The notes below the pieces were generated by a model. The model made no database searches and had not been told where the DNA came from. It was given only the letters and a program-made list of their open reading frames with translations. Shown here in pieces: positions 36,501-48,987 of a DNA stretch of 64,000 nt; the first letter of the stretch is position 1; every line of letters starts with the position of its first letter. The position numbers were made by a program, and so were the translations under genes. Source of the DNA: Saccostrea cucullata (Eukaryota); NCBI RefSeq assembly GCF_032062105.1, contig NW_026924013.1:124001-188000 (forward strand), read 5' to 3'.

Positions 36501-39268
36501 TTTTGGTCTGATTTCAGTATTACTTGGCAAACTAGTAGAATACACTAAGATACATAATTCTGTGTATCGGTTTTTGATTTTGATGAACGGTGTTGCCGTG
36601 GTTACTAAAAATAGAAATTTCTGTGAAATTCTTTCAAAATGCAACTCCTCCTACAGTTTTGGTTTGATTTCATTATAACTTGGCACACAAGTAGAATACA
36701 CTAAGATACATAATTCTGTGTAGCGGTATTTGATTTCGATGAATGGTGTTGCCGTGGTTACTAAAAATAGAAATGTCTGTAAAATTGTTTCAAAATGCTA
36801 CTCCTCCTACAGTTTTGGTCTGATTTCAGTATAACTTGGCACACAAGTAGACTACACTAAGAACATAAAGAGACTTTATCAACGATCATTATTCTATTTA
36901 GTTTCAAATCCCAGCTGCTTAAGTACTTTTCTCTTCCTTTGCTATAAGTTCAAACCAGTAGAGCTTCAGTCTCGACAGAGACTTCTGGTTTTTCAGACAC
37001 TGTAGCTTGCGTAGACCCCAAAATATGCATGGAGGTTTGCGAAAATCCAGCCGGTTGCTCTAACATTGCATACCCTCAACTGATCTTAGATCTGGCTCCT
37101 ACAGGTACCAGCTATATCCTCATTATAAATCCCTATCAAATAAACTTTCAAGAAACTGCTTAAACTACCTACTTATTTTGATATTTTAAAATATAGCTGC
37201 AGTCATTAAATAATGCACAATTACATTGATGACGTTTTTTTTCTAGGCATGCGTGGACTTATGATGGCAGTAATGATAGCCGCTCTAATGAGTTCTTTGA
37301 CGTCAATCTTTAACAGCGCTGCCACTTTGTTTACGCTAGATTTGTGGGCGCGTTTTAGGAGTCAGGCTACGGAGAGAGAGCTGCTTATTGTTGGAAAGTA
37401 TGCTAAGTTTACAAAAGATATATTACTGCTTTGTTCTACATCTTGCCAAAAAAGTGAGCTTTTATAATCAGTGGTTATATATGATGAATTACAGACCAGT
37501 TTTGTTCCTGTTGGACTACTTTAACAAAGTAATGACCGTTAAAACTTTACACTCAAATTTCATGATAAAAAAAATGTTTTGCTTTGCTTAAAGATACACT
37601 GCAATGTATGTGTTTTGTATGTTGGATGAAATGAAGATTTATTTTCAGGTTGTTCTGCTTTAACATGCTGTGGGCGGGACAATCAGTCATTCTGAAACAT
37701 TTCCATATAAGCTCAAATATCGGGAGCACCCAGAGCTGATTTCTGATTAAATTTCTGAGATGGAACAAATAAGATACTTATTTAAACATGCTTTCTTCAA
37801 TCAAACTTTGTTTTTATTATCCTTTTACTATTTTATAAAATTCACTTATTTAAACATGCTTTCTTCAATCAAACTTTATATCTATTTTATAATCTTTTCA
37901 CTTTTTTTATGAAATTCTTTAAAATATCATAACGAGACTAATTTTCTGATTGTTCTATTTTTACCTTTAGGGTTTTTATAGTCCTTTTAGTTGGCGTCAG
38001 CGTTCTTTGGATTCCCTTGATTCAAGCCGCCGAAGGGGGACGACTCTATTTTACAATCCAAGCCCTAACAGGATATCTTGCCCCTCCCATTGGAGGGATT
38101 TTCTTGCTGTCGATATTTGTCCCTCGAGTCAACGAACAGGTATGTTTAGAAAAGTCAAAACTGCCAATATAGGTACTTTAAGAGTACATATACATAAAAT
38201 CGGGTACCTATAATTTCATATGGTAAGTAGGTCCTTAAAACAGACCAAGAGGTTTGGACATGAAAATAGAAAATGTTAATATAAAAGAAATTTTGCAATG
38301 TTTTGGGCTTGATGTTTGAACTTTTCAACGATATAGGATTTTTTTTATAATATGAGATAAAATCAGCATAAATGAATAGACAACCTCATGGAAAAAAGTT
38401 AAATTTAATTCAATTTAATTGGTTCAATTATTTGAAAAGAAAAACACCAGACGTACCTTTAAAAAACCTTTTCGCATAGGGTGCCTTCTGGGGGATGCTG
38501 ATTGGACATACTGTGGGCATAACACGCATGATCCTAGACTTCATTTACCCCTCACCTAAATGTGGAGAGCCTGACACACGCCCTGCTGTGGTTGCCGACA
38601 TCCACTTCACTTACTTCTCCGTCATCTTGTTGGGTTTATCGTGGGCTGTATGTCTTGTTGTCAGTGCATTTACTAAAGCACCACCAAGAAAAGCGGTAAG
38701 ATTTTGTCTTGTTTAGGAATCAATACCGACTTGAAAAAAAATTCGAACTGGGTTCTAATATGCACTTTTTCTGTAGTTGAAAGGGTTGACCGTTTGGACA
38801 ACTGACAAAATAGGACCACGTCCACAGGAAGATTATACCTTGGTTTCAACAGAGGATGAAAAAGAAAATTCAGGTTCAGTATAGAGTACGACTTGTTAAA
38901 TTTTATGTGCAATTTTTGCCTAATGTTTAATAATAAAAAAAGGAAATATGTTTTGAAGATGAGAATATGGGATTGTAGGAATGATCTGTTCTTATTAAAT
39001 GATATCATGTATTTTTTCCTCAGAAATGACCAAAATAAAAGAAATATCAGTCGGTGTCTCACAGGAGACAAACGAAAATTCGAAGAACGAGATGTCTAAA
39101 AATGAGCACGAGGCAGAGAGCAGCAGTACATCAGAGGAAAACGAGGACGGACCCGGGTTACGGACCAGGAAAAAGTTATACATGAGCAGAAAAACAAATA
39201 TCATCTTAAATATTAATGCAATTATTCTTATAGCAGTCTTTGTGTTTCTCTATGCAATATTCGCATAG
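30503..39268 (+). CDS. SLC5 (SGLT/SMIT subfamily) symporter, paralog B, 15 exons, about 671 aa. Exons 30503-30583, 30675-30746, 32207-32311, 32398-32457, 32781-32885, 34131-34236, 34469-34549, 34641-34924, 35041-35176, 36997-37104, 37247-37397, 37971-38139, 38480-38695, 38777-38873, 39024-39268
   Basis: Exon sizes and phases match paralog A (81, 72, 105, 60, 105, 106, 81, variable, 136, 108, 151, 169, 216). The SSS motifs are present and the frame is open to TAG at 39266-39268. Confidence 0.93.
30764..30974. mobile_element. Tc1/mariner-like MITE (TACTG...CAGTA ends); related copies at ~53754-53950 and ~54008-54214
   Basis: tactgcgaaatcagaaattttcgtgggggttaattttcg ... cgaaaatttgaccccacgaaaatatatgattttacagta; palindromic ends with TA. 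Confidence 0.7.
35266..36990 (+). mobile_element. HINE/Helentron-associated element carrying a 156-bp tandem array, in intron 9 of paralog B
   Basis: 5' subTIR agctctactggt (35270-35281) plus IR accagaagagct; (GTCY)n microsatellite ~35315-35375; 3' subTIR accagtagagct (36954-36965); hairpin agtctc-gaca-gagact; CTGGT end; inserted in a T-run. Confidence 0.9.
35387..36866 (+). repeat. 156-bp satellite-like tandem repeat, about 9.5 copies
   Basis: The motif gc(t/a)actcctcctacag starts at 35393, 35549, 35705, 35861, 36017, 36173, 36329, 36485, 36641 and 36797 (period 156). Confidence 0.95.
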
Positions 39269-39449
39269 AGCAGCGCATCTGCACATGTTGAGAATAATAT
39301 ATGTAAATTTATTTTTTCAATTACATCCAAACATATCAAAGTCCTTCCAAAATCGGAACCAATAGCCATATTTAACGTGTAATGTAGTTAACGTGTAGTG
39401 TAGATATATGCCTACCTTGAAAAGGATATTTATACAAACATTTTATTCT

Positions 39450-40190
39450 TTGGAGGAAACTTAATATCGTGTCACAGTTTCCGAAAAGTGGATAATTCTT
39501 TGATTTTATCTCTTAAAAACCTGGATTTAAAATTTCTCCCAAAAAGCACACTTGATTAAACATAGAAAAATATTTCATCTTCATCCATTTACCCTCTGTT
39601 TTCCTTCACATTTTTTTTCTAAAGATTCGCAAAGTGAACTGATTACATTTACTGCACAAAATGTATTTTCAGCAGCAAAAGCATTATTAAAGGAAAAGCG
39701 AAATGAAAAAAAAAAATCAGAAAAATAAAAAAGGCTGATTTTTGCAATGTTGCTTTTCCTTATAAAATTAACCTGCCTTGGTATATTCTTAAGAGATTTT
39801 TATTACACTTTTAGCTCCAAGCTTACATATTCTGAAATTTATATTCCTCTGTAAACCTTAAGTTTACCGAGTGTGATTTGTCCATATTTGTAATTTTATT
39901 AAAGTAATAACGTAGTTTAATCTTTTCAGAATAATTTCTTTTCTTAAAAAAATACAACAGGTTTTTGAGTAAAAGTAATATCAGTTCAATTTGTACTACT
40001 CCTTTAGAAACTTTTTCTTTTTTAAAAAATAGGCTAAATTAGTGAAGACTAAACAATTTTTACCATGATTATTCTAGTTCTGTACCTTTTTTTGGAGTGG
40101 TGATATTCTTTTCTCCAGGTCTTCCGAGAAGAAAATCAATGAATTATCCACTTTTCTTAAACCCGTGACATGATATGAAGTCTCCTCGAA
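39450..40190. mobile_element. Degenerate TIR element (MITE) between paralogs B and C
   Basis: gaggaaacttaatatcgtgtcacagtttccgaaaagtggataattctttgatttt mirrored by aaaatcaatgaattatccacttttcttaaacccgtgacatgatatgaagtctcctc. Confidence 0.6.
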
Positions 40191-42330
40191 AAAAAATGTT
40201 TGCATCATCTTTAATATAACATCAATGAATGTCCTGAAGGAAGGGTTGAATCAGTGCTATCTATCTTGCATAATAATACTAACCGGTGGATGAAGAATGC
40301 ATAGATTCCTCTCCGCCTATGGGGATGTAGAAAAGCAGCTCAACTTTCATAATTAAATTCCATTTTAACGAGACCCATGCAGCTATGTCAGTACTGTTAT
40401 AAAAAGCGTGGTGTCAAAACGGAATAAAAAGAAATTTTGACGCCAAATGTTTAAAGAAATTGCATTGATTATGTTTTGTTTTGTGTGTGTGTGTGTTTTT
40501 TTTATTTTCAAAATTTTCATATTTCTTATATACAGAATCATTGTTATTAAACACTTTTATAATTAAGAATTTGTTTTGTAGGAATTAATTCCGTTTTACA
40601 TTACGAAACTATAACTATATTTAGTATACAAAATAAAGCATAAAATAAATTTTACCATTTCTTTTTTCCATTTATTTTTTCATTGATAGGCAACAGAAAC
40701 ATATTTTTGACAAAATAAATTATTTGTATGCGTAAGTAAATACACCTTCCTTACATATTTTGCATACTTTATTCAGTTTTAAGGTGGCTCATTACATCTA
40801 CAGTTTATTTTAGATTTAAATACAGCACAACTTATAATGTAGATGTCAAATATCCAGATGGCGGTATTGATATCATAAATATTTTTTTATAGAATTTTTT
40901 AGTTTTTGTATAATTTTAGTGAAATGTTTTATTTCAAGTTTATTATTAACAGAATTTCAGAACTTTCAGTGTCAAATGATGGGCATCTTCTTAAGACAAG
41001 TACATACAGTGAAAATACCTCATAATACCTAATAATAATTTTATTAGAAAAAATAATTTTCTCCTAGAAAACAATTAATGTCATTATCTTTTTAATCTAT
41101 GCATAAAACATTAAGAAAATGTGTTCTGAAGAGACAATGAATGTATTTCGATGAATTACAAGTGTCAAATTGAATGAAGAAAGTTTAAACAAAATGAAAA
41201 TTCCAATTGAAAAATTATTTGGTATAAAAAGTCCACCTGCAAGAGTTATTCTTTCCTTATTACCAAGACTCAAAACACTAAGGAACGTTTGACATTATAT
41301 ATAAAATTCAGAGCAAAGCTTTAAATTGCCAGATTATACATTTAAATCAATAAAGCAAATATATAAATTAACACAAACACAGTAAATAGCGCAAGTATAA
41401 ATAATTTTTTAATTCAACAAGGTTGTAGATTTTAACTCGAATTTCCTCCATACATACACGTCATTGATTGATAGAGCTCACTGCATGCATGGCTATGAAA
41501 TTGACATTACTTGTTTGGCGAAGATTTGACTGTTGTTTTCTTTTGTTTCTGCTTTTAAAAGCAATTCTTCTTGGTTTATGCATAATGAATCCGTTACTTT
41601 GTTTTCACTGTTTACAACACCGCATGTTTCATCTATTTTTAAAGCGTTTTAAAGGTCAGGGTCATATTTTTTTTTAGTAGTCATCAAAAAGTGGTGTAAT
41701 GAGCCTCCTTAAAGGTCAGGGTCATATTTTAGAGGTACTTGTACAATTCGTCCGCAGAGGAAACTGGTTGACACAATGGAGGTTTATTTTTTTGTGTAGT
41801 ACGTCATCAAAAAGTGGTGTAATGAGCCTCCTTAAGTTTACAATAGTATGGTCATGGGCGCTAATTCCATATACAAGACACATCTGTTATCTTTTTAAGT
41901 GGTAAGAAAAGAAAACGGGTGCCATGGATTCTCTGTTGAACTTATCATACTTGTTAGGCAATTCAAGAAAGTGGTCAGGATTATTTTATCGTAGTCGAAG
42001 CAATGAATAATTTTTATTCTGCAGCAGTTTAAAATATGACTTTTCAAACTGTCTCAGCAGAAAATATGTCTTATATATAAAGAAAGCAATGCCTCATGTA
42101 AAGAACTTCAAGGATTTTTGTGAAGGTTACAACCATCTTATTGGTGATTTTTAAGATTATATACATATTCATCTTTATAGTGTGTCATTAAGAGGGTAAC
42201 ATGCTTCATATTCGTGGTTCATTGAGAAACTTACATACTTACTTCTGTAAAGAAGAACTTCAGTCGTACTGTGATAAACATATATATATTGTGTCTCTAT
42301 ATTTCAATATTAGTAAAAGTCAGCGGGTGA

Positions 42331-45300
42331 TTAACCAAAGAGACAATACAAAAATACAAAGAAAATTAGAAGAATGCAGGCATTAATGTTGAGAAACAGA
42401 TTCGTTCTTCTGTCCATGTAAAGTTTTTTCTTCCTGGATGTTTTAGCTGACGGGTTATCATTCCGGTCAGCCCTTGGATTAGATTCCGACTTTTCAACAA
42501 CTGTAACTGAGGACTCAAATTCACCTTTAGCTATAAAAAGTACGTATTCAATAATCAGAAATTAACAACAAAAAAAAAAAAACACACACACAATAAAAAT
42601 GCATTTTTTTACGCACGTTTTTTGTATACAATGCTTAAATGCTAGTGATTTAAAAAAAACACACACACAAGCTGGCTGCTTAACTTACCTTGAAGCACAA
42701 AGGTTTCATTTTTCATCATTCGTTTGTCCTCGTCCTCTTTCGATCTCGGTCTTATTGGTTCAGATGTCCAAAACGTCAATCCTTTGAGCTTTGGGAACAT
42801 TTTAAATAACATAAAAACTAACGTTTCCGAGTTTCCAATTTGATTACTTTTAAAAGATGATACATTTGTATATACCATCAAAATTATGGTATTTGAGAAG
42901 TTTTAAAAATTAATGGTTTCTTTAATATCTAACGACTCTGTTTTTCTTCTTAATATTTCAATGAAACAAAATGTATTTTCATCATTTTATGTTATTGTTT
43001 TGCTACTGAGTCTAATAATTTGTTGCACTGTAAACTTACCTTCTCCATGCTTGGTCTTTCAGTCACTAAGCTGACCAAAAGAATAACAACAGCAGCAAGA
43101 ACCAAAAGAATGCCGGAAAAATAAGTAAAATGGATGTCTTTGACAATTGCAGGGCGGTCGTCTACCTTACCGCAACCTGGGGAAGGGTAGACAAAATCTA
43201 GAACCATCCGTGTTATTCCAGCAATGTGACCAATCAGCAACCCCCAAAACGCCCCCTAAAATGTTTAATTTTTAGTGTTTTAAAAAATTATTTCTTTAAA
43301 AAAACGAGCATTTCCATCAATCAAGCCAGTGAAGGTACCTTTTCGTTGATCCTGGGAACGAATATGGCCAGCAAAAACAGGGAACATATCGGAGGTGCTA
43401 CGTATCCAGTCAGCGCCTGTATGTAGAGAAAGAGTTGTCCCTGTTGGGCGGCCTTTATTAGAGGTATCCACAGAATACTGACACCCACCAAAATGACAAC
43501 GAAAATCCTGGAATAACGAAATTAGCTGTACAAAACATATTGTTAAATGATTTTTCTTTTTGTTCCTTTCTTCATTTAACTTTCCCGGTCCTTCGGATGA
43601 GACCGTATAAACCGAGGTCCCGTGTCGCAGTAGGTGCTGATCCCTCCTTGCTCCATGGCCCTCAGTGCCGAGCATAGGACAAAATTTGCAGCTCTCCACC
43701 GGCAAGTGGTGGCGTTTCCATATGAGTGAAAAATTGTCGAGAGGGACGTTAAACAATATACAATCAATCAATCATTTAACTTTCTATTTTACTTTAATTC
43801 TGGACAAAGTACACATATATTCGTTTCTTTATTAAATAATTTGTTCTTTAATTTTCAAAAAAAAAAATAATTTGTTAAACACAAGAGGGAAACACTTATA
43901 CAATGAGTTACACCATTTTGATTTTATAATTTTAGAGAATCTGCTTACTTGCCCACGATAAGAAGTTCCTTTTCTGTAGACTGAATCCTTATCCGTTTCC
44001 ATATATCCATAGTGAAGAGAGTAGAGGCACTGTTAAAAATGGACGTCAGCGAACTCATGACTGCCGCCATCATGACGGCCACCATCAAACCGCGCATGCC
44101 TGTTAAACAATGCATATTTTAAACCTCGTTAGAGAAAACATCTTGATAAATTTATTGCATTATTCTAGAACCATGATTTGAGAAACGAAGTCCAACGCAT
44201 TTTACATATTTTTTTCAATATTCTTACCCGTGGGCGCTAATCCTAGAATAAGTTGTGGATATGCGATGTTCGAACACCCTGCAGCGTTGTCACACACTTT
44301 TAAACATGTCTCAGGATCTGCGCACGCAACTGTTTCTGTTAAATGAAATCTTCCAGTCTTAGTGTTCTATACGTTTATTTTGGGTAGTTTCTTATAATTT
44401 TTGCAGTTAGTATAAACAAAAATTACCTGGATAAAGCACTCTGCTAATCATGCCGGGCATTATGATCAGAAAAAGTGGCAAGAATTTCAAGTAGCTTGCC
44501 AAAATAGTTGCTGCACGAGCATGTGCAATGCTTTTTGCAGCCAACGTTCGCTGAACAATGACCTACAAGACTGAAGTTGATGAAGTTTTTGGAGATTTTA
44601 GCCAACGTATACATGATATACGCGCATGAAATATTACAGTGTTTCATTCTCATTTAAGGATTTTTGGCTTCCGAGAAGAAACAATCATTAAATTAGGCCA
44701 TTTCCTTATAGTTCCAAAGTAATTTTGATTTTCAATCAAATCTCATTAAAAATCGAAGAAAAGAGTACCTGACTTGCACACCAATACCATACAGAGACAA
44801 ACGTAGATCTGATCAAGATTCCAGGCCAAGGAAGATCTGAATTGATTGGATCTCTCAAAATATGGAACGCATCAGAACGAGGCATTCCGCAAGTGCTCTC
44901 AGTTAGATTCGATTGGGTTGGCGCGGAAAGATTAGCATAGTAGGGCATACTACTATTGGTGAAGTTGGTTAGCATGGTTTCCGCTGTTATACTGAGAGGA
45001 ATGGCTTCAAAATATTTTGTCATTAATCCTTGGATTCCACCAACTTTCATAAACGCTGTAAAGTAATTATCATTAGCTGTATAAATCCCCCGCAATAAGT
45101 GTGTATGTGAACAGATAAAGAATAATAACTTACCTAGAACAGATAGCGCAATTGAGCCAACGAGCATGATGATGGTCTGAAGCGTGTCTGTGAAGATAAC
45201 AGCGGCCAATCCACCTGTTGTATGATGAGTTAAATCAATAATTCTTAATAATTCAGTTTAATTGTTTGTTCAAATAAGAACAAAGCAAGAAAAAAAAGCT

Positions 45301-47327
45301 GCTCATCAAATTTTCTGGGGAGTGAGTTCATTAACTATTACCTACAACGGTGTAGATAGCAGTGACTGTGAGTAGAGCTGCTATTGAAATGTATGTATTC
45401 CATCCTAGAGCTTGCTGTACAAACACTGACCCGGCATAAACGTCCACCTGTAGCACAAGAGTGACGTTTGAGATAGTTAAAAACTTTCCTAAAAACATGC
45501 AAGGTACATTGTAGATCAATACAATATTTTAAACTTTAACAAATTTTATGGTTAAAGTGACTTACAATGTTACAGTATAGAAAGTAATGCCAATATAATA
45601 ATTTTAGTTGAGCCAGAAAAAGTCTTGCCGATATTTTTGTGATGATGTTTAGGAACTGTAGAAGTAAACTGAGGTATGTTCTGAGTCTTCGACCTCCAAA
45701 TCTTCTGTTCAGATATTCAGGGATAGTAAAAATCTTCATAAAAGATTTTAAAAGAAGGAAATTAAACCAGATTGTTGCAAAAACTGAATAAGGAATATGT
45801 CACTTATACTTCAAATTATATTGAATCAGTTTATATTTAAAATATATACTAGTAATCCTTACTTTTTAAAAAAAATTTCCTTCTCATTTTTCGTATGAAA
45901 TATGTTTATTAAGTTATTAACTGATTTTATTTTATATTACTCACACCGGAAGTCAAATAGACGGGTAGAAAAACCCATCCAAGGAGAAGGAGACAAAGCA
46001 CAGACTAAAATGACAGAAAAGATATTTTTAGAAATTAGATATATAATTATGCAGAATCCAATTTCATATGTTTTTCAAAAATATGTTTTAGAGCAAATAG
46101 AATTGAAAAATGTTATATGGTATGACAAATGAATATGTTTTCCGTGAAATTCAGAAAGTTTCATTAACAGCAACTCAAATAGCCTTATTTTTTAATTTTA
46201 CATGTATCACTTTTGAAAGTTTATCTAAAGAAAACGAAAAACAAGAAAACGAACAATCAATCCAAAACAAAAATAAAAAAAATTATTTAAAAAAAAAGTC
46301 AAAGCTAAACCACGTACTCCCCATTCGAACGCCACCACAGCAATGCCACTAGCTGCTCCACTTCCGGCCAAACCAATGAAATGCTCGCTACCAATGTTGC
46401 TGGAGAACAACGATGCACCCATCTGTGTTTAAAGATGTCTTTAGAGAGCAGTGCCAATAAAATTTTCAAAACAAATATCATTGAAGATTGATTACCATAC
46501 AAACACTGTCTTATTTGATCATGTAAAGCTTGTTTGAGGTATGGGCAGCTAATAAAATAAATCAGCATATAAAATGCGTCGAAAGAAAGCAAAATACAAT
46601 GTAGATGGAAAAAACATATTTTCAGCAAATACGCATAAAAGTAGTTTTTCACTGAATTAACGTAAAAATACAAAAATCAAATATATATATAACGTGAACA
46701 ATGAAAAAAGGAATACATTCAAATAAGGTCGAAAGTATTTACTTTACATTGGTTTCTTTCTATCATTAAATATATACTAACTGGAAACCATAGCATAGAC
46801 CTTCCTGCCAGAAAATAGCCATCTGTAGTCGATCGCTCTTTGCGCCAAATGGACTGCAGGAAAGACGATGATATATCAGTGTAACCGTTGACAGAGAAAC
46901 AATTTGGATAATTATTGAGATTTCTCCATGTATAGATTTAATTCAAATTACCGTATAAGCAGAATTTTTAGCGAGTATTTAATTTTGGCATTATTAGTGA
47001 AGGTGTTGAGATCGCGAAAATTGAATATCGCTAAAAATTAATTGCGTTTTATTTGTAATAACTTCTTTAGTGAGCATTTTAAAATCGTTTAAATAACTTA
47101 TCTCTAAATATAAAATACCTATTTTTAAGGACAAATCGCTAAATTTGCCTCTCGCTAAACTTTGCAATACGGTATTGTAAATTAAGTTAGAAGAAATAGA
47201 GACTTTATGGTAATCTCAATAATAATGACAAAATTCATCGTCTTACCCAGATTCCCACACAAATGACGAAAAGAAAATACAAAACTATGACAGAAATGTC
47301 CACCCAGTTCTCAATTCCAGCCTCCAT
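42331..47327 (-). CDS. SLC5 (SGLT/SMIT subfamily) symporter, paralog C, 15 exons, about 658 aa. Exons 47327-47247, 46853-46782, 46422-46318, 46004-45945, 45733-45629, 45447-45342, 45214-45134, 45055-44769, 44562-44427, 44335-44228, 44099-43949, 43507-43339, 43255-43040, 42788-42689, 42530-42331
   Basis: Conserved exon sizes and phases and SSS motifs; ends [30 protein letters not shown]. Confidence 0.93.
43585..43771 (+). mobile_element. 5'-truncated SINE with Deu-like domain and (CAAT)n tail; 13-bp TSD
   Basis: tcggatgagaccgtataaaccgaggtcccgtgtc resembles the recalled DeuSINE domain; TSD tcatttaactttc at 43572-43584 and 43772-43784; second copy at 62888-63159. Confidence 0.8.
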
Positions 47328-47748
47328 GGTTCAGAGATAGTTTAAAGAAAAGGTATCGTAAACTCGCTCCGCCGTTTTTCCACACAAATTATCTCGAAAG
47401 TCACATATGGTGTATTCAAATATACATTTAGGATTTACAAACATACTCCAGAGACCGAGCACAGGTGTATACAGCTAATCAAGTGGAAAGTTAAAAAAAA
47501 AATCCTGCATAAAATTAAAATGATAAACGATATCCATATCGGGAAATAGTTTAAGGTCATCAAAGATCGGCATCCATGTAGGTTAGTCTCAAACAACTCT
47601 ATGAAATGTGAAGAAAACGATCAGCGATCATTCCCAAATGACAATTTTAACAATACAAATAATGAGCAAAACCAACACGGAGATCCTTTAACGGAGGTAG
47701 AATCAGATCCTTGAAGGAACAAGCATTTCCTGTCGACCGTCACACCCG

Positions 47749-47750
<2 letters not shown>

Positions 47751-47797
<47 letters not shown>
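47751..47797. repeat. (AT)n microsatellite
   Basis: About 23 consecutive AT units. Confidence 0.95.
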
Positions 47798-47801
<4 letters not shown>

Positions 47802-48987
47802 ACAAAGTTTAATATCAGTACATTTTTATATGTAAAAAGATATATTTTATAGATTTCTGAAGTTTCATTCTATTTGATCAAACGGAACTCATTTTAGCCA
47901 GTTTTAAAAGCTGCATGTTTTGTCACCACGGAGCACGATCAAAAACATTGTAACGTCAAAAAACAACGTTAGAGAAAATTTCTCAAACTCACAGTGCCTT
48001 TTCATTTTATACACGGTTTGTATCGTATTCCTCAATCATTAAAACGTATCCATAACACTTGACACCTAGTATGCTAACAATAATTTGAGTATACCTTAAA
48101 AAATGTTGTCAAAGTTTTCAAATCCTTTACCATGTAACTCTGCTCTTACAGGTTCCGCAACAGTGAAGCGCACATTACGTTTCATGACGTTACTAACTCT
48201 TTTGACAAGATTTTGAACTATAATCTGTTTCTCTGCAGAACGCCCATCGCCCAATTTAAGGTCTTTACTCCTCAAAAATTGTCTGTTCCATTATAAACAA
48301 ATACATGGCTCATTTTAGGTATATTTCCTGGTTTCTCTAGCATTTTCGGAGTTTGTTTTAAAAGTTTCCAAATGCAAAACAAAATTATATTGCTACTCGC
48401 TGCTCCATGACGTCCTTCGACGTCATGCTTTTTTACTTTTTTAATCAAGACTATCTGTCTATAGAAAATGATATCTTTTAAACAAAGCAATGATTTACAT
48501 TAACTTTTAGCTTTTGAAGAAATGAAACAATACTAAATTTAAGTATTTAAATTTAATTTCAGTTAAGGACAATTTTAAAGAGATATGGCTATAGATATGA
48601 AAAGTGAATAATCAGTCAATAACTCAATGTTGACCCTGCTCCGTGACCCCGTTTTTGCTGTCTTAAATCTTTGATAATTTTGAAAAAAATCAACATAGAT
48701 TCCAATTTCTTTGCTCAAAATATTTGAATCTGTTGTAAAAATATATGTATCAAATTTGCTTTAATTATGACGTTAAATACAAAAGTTATGACAAAAGTCT
48801 ACGAGCTTTTTGAATGACCCTCGTACAATCAATATTATGGTATTTGAGAAGTTTTAAAAATTAATAGCTTCTTGAATGCTAACGACTCCGTTTTTCTTTT
48901 TTAATATTTTATTAAAACAAGACTTATAATTTCATTATTTTATTAGCAATTGACACTAAAATTCTGTTGCATTGTAAACTTAATTAC

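Noticed and set aside
35387-36866. CRISPR-like array, or coding repeat (identical ORFs 35782-36054 and 36406-36678)
   Set aside because: Units are contiguous 156-bp monomers with no unique spacers, inside a HINE in a eukaryotic intron; the ORFs are by-products of the repeat.
18975-47327. Assigning a specific SLC5A gene symbol (SLC5A1/3/9/11)
   Set aside because: Signatures are mixed and the paralogs look lineage-specific; orthology needs a phylogeny.
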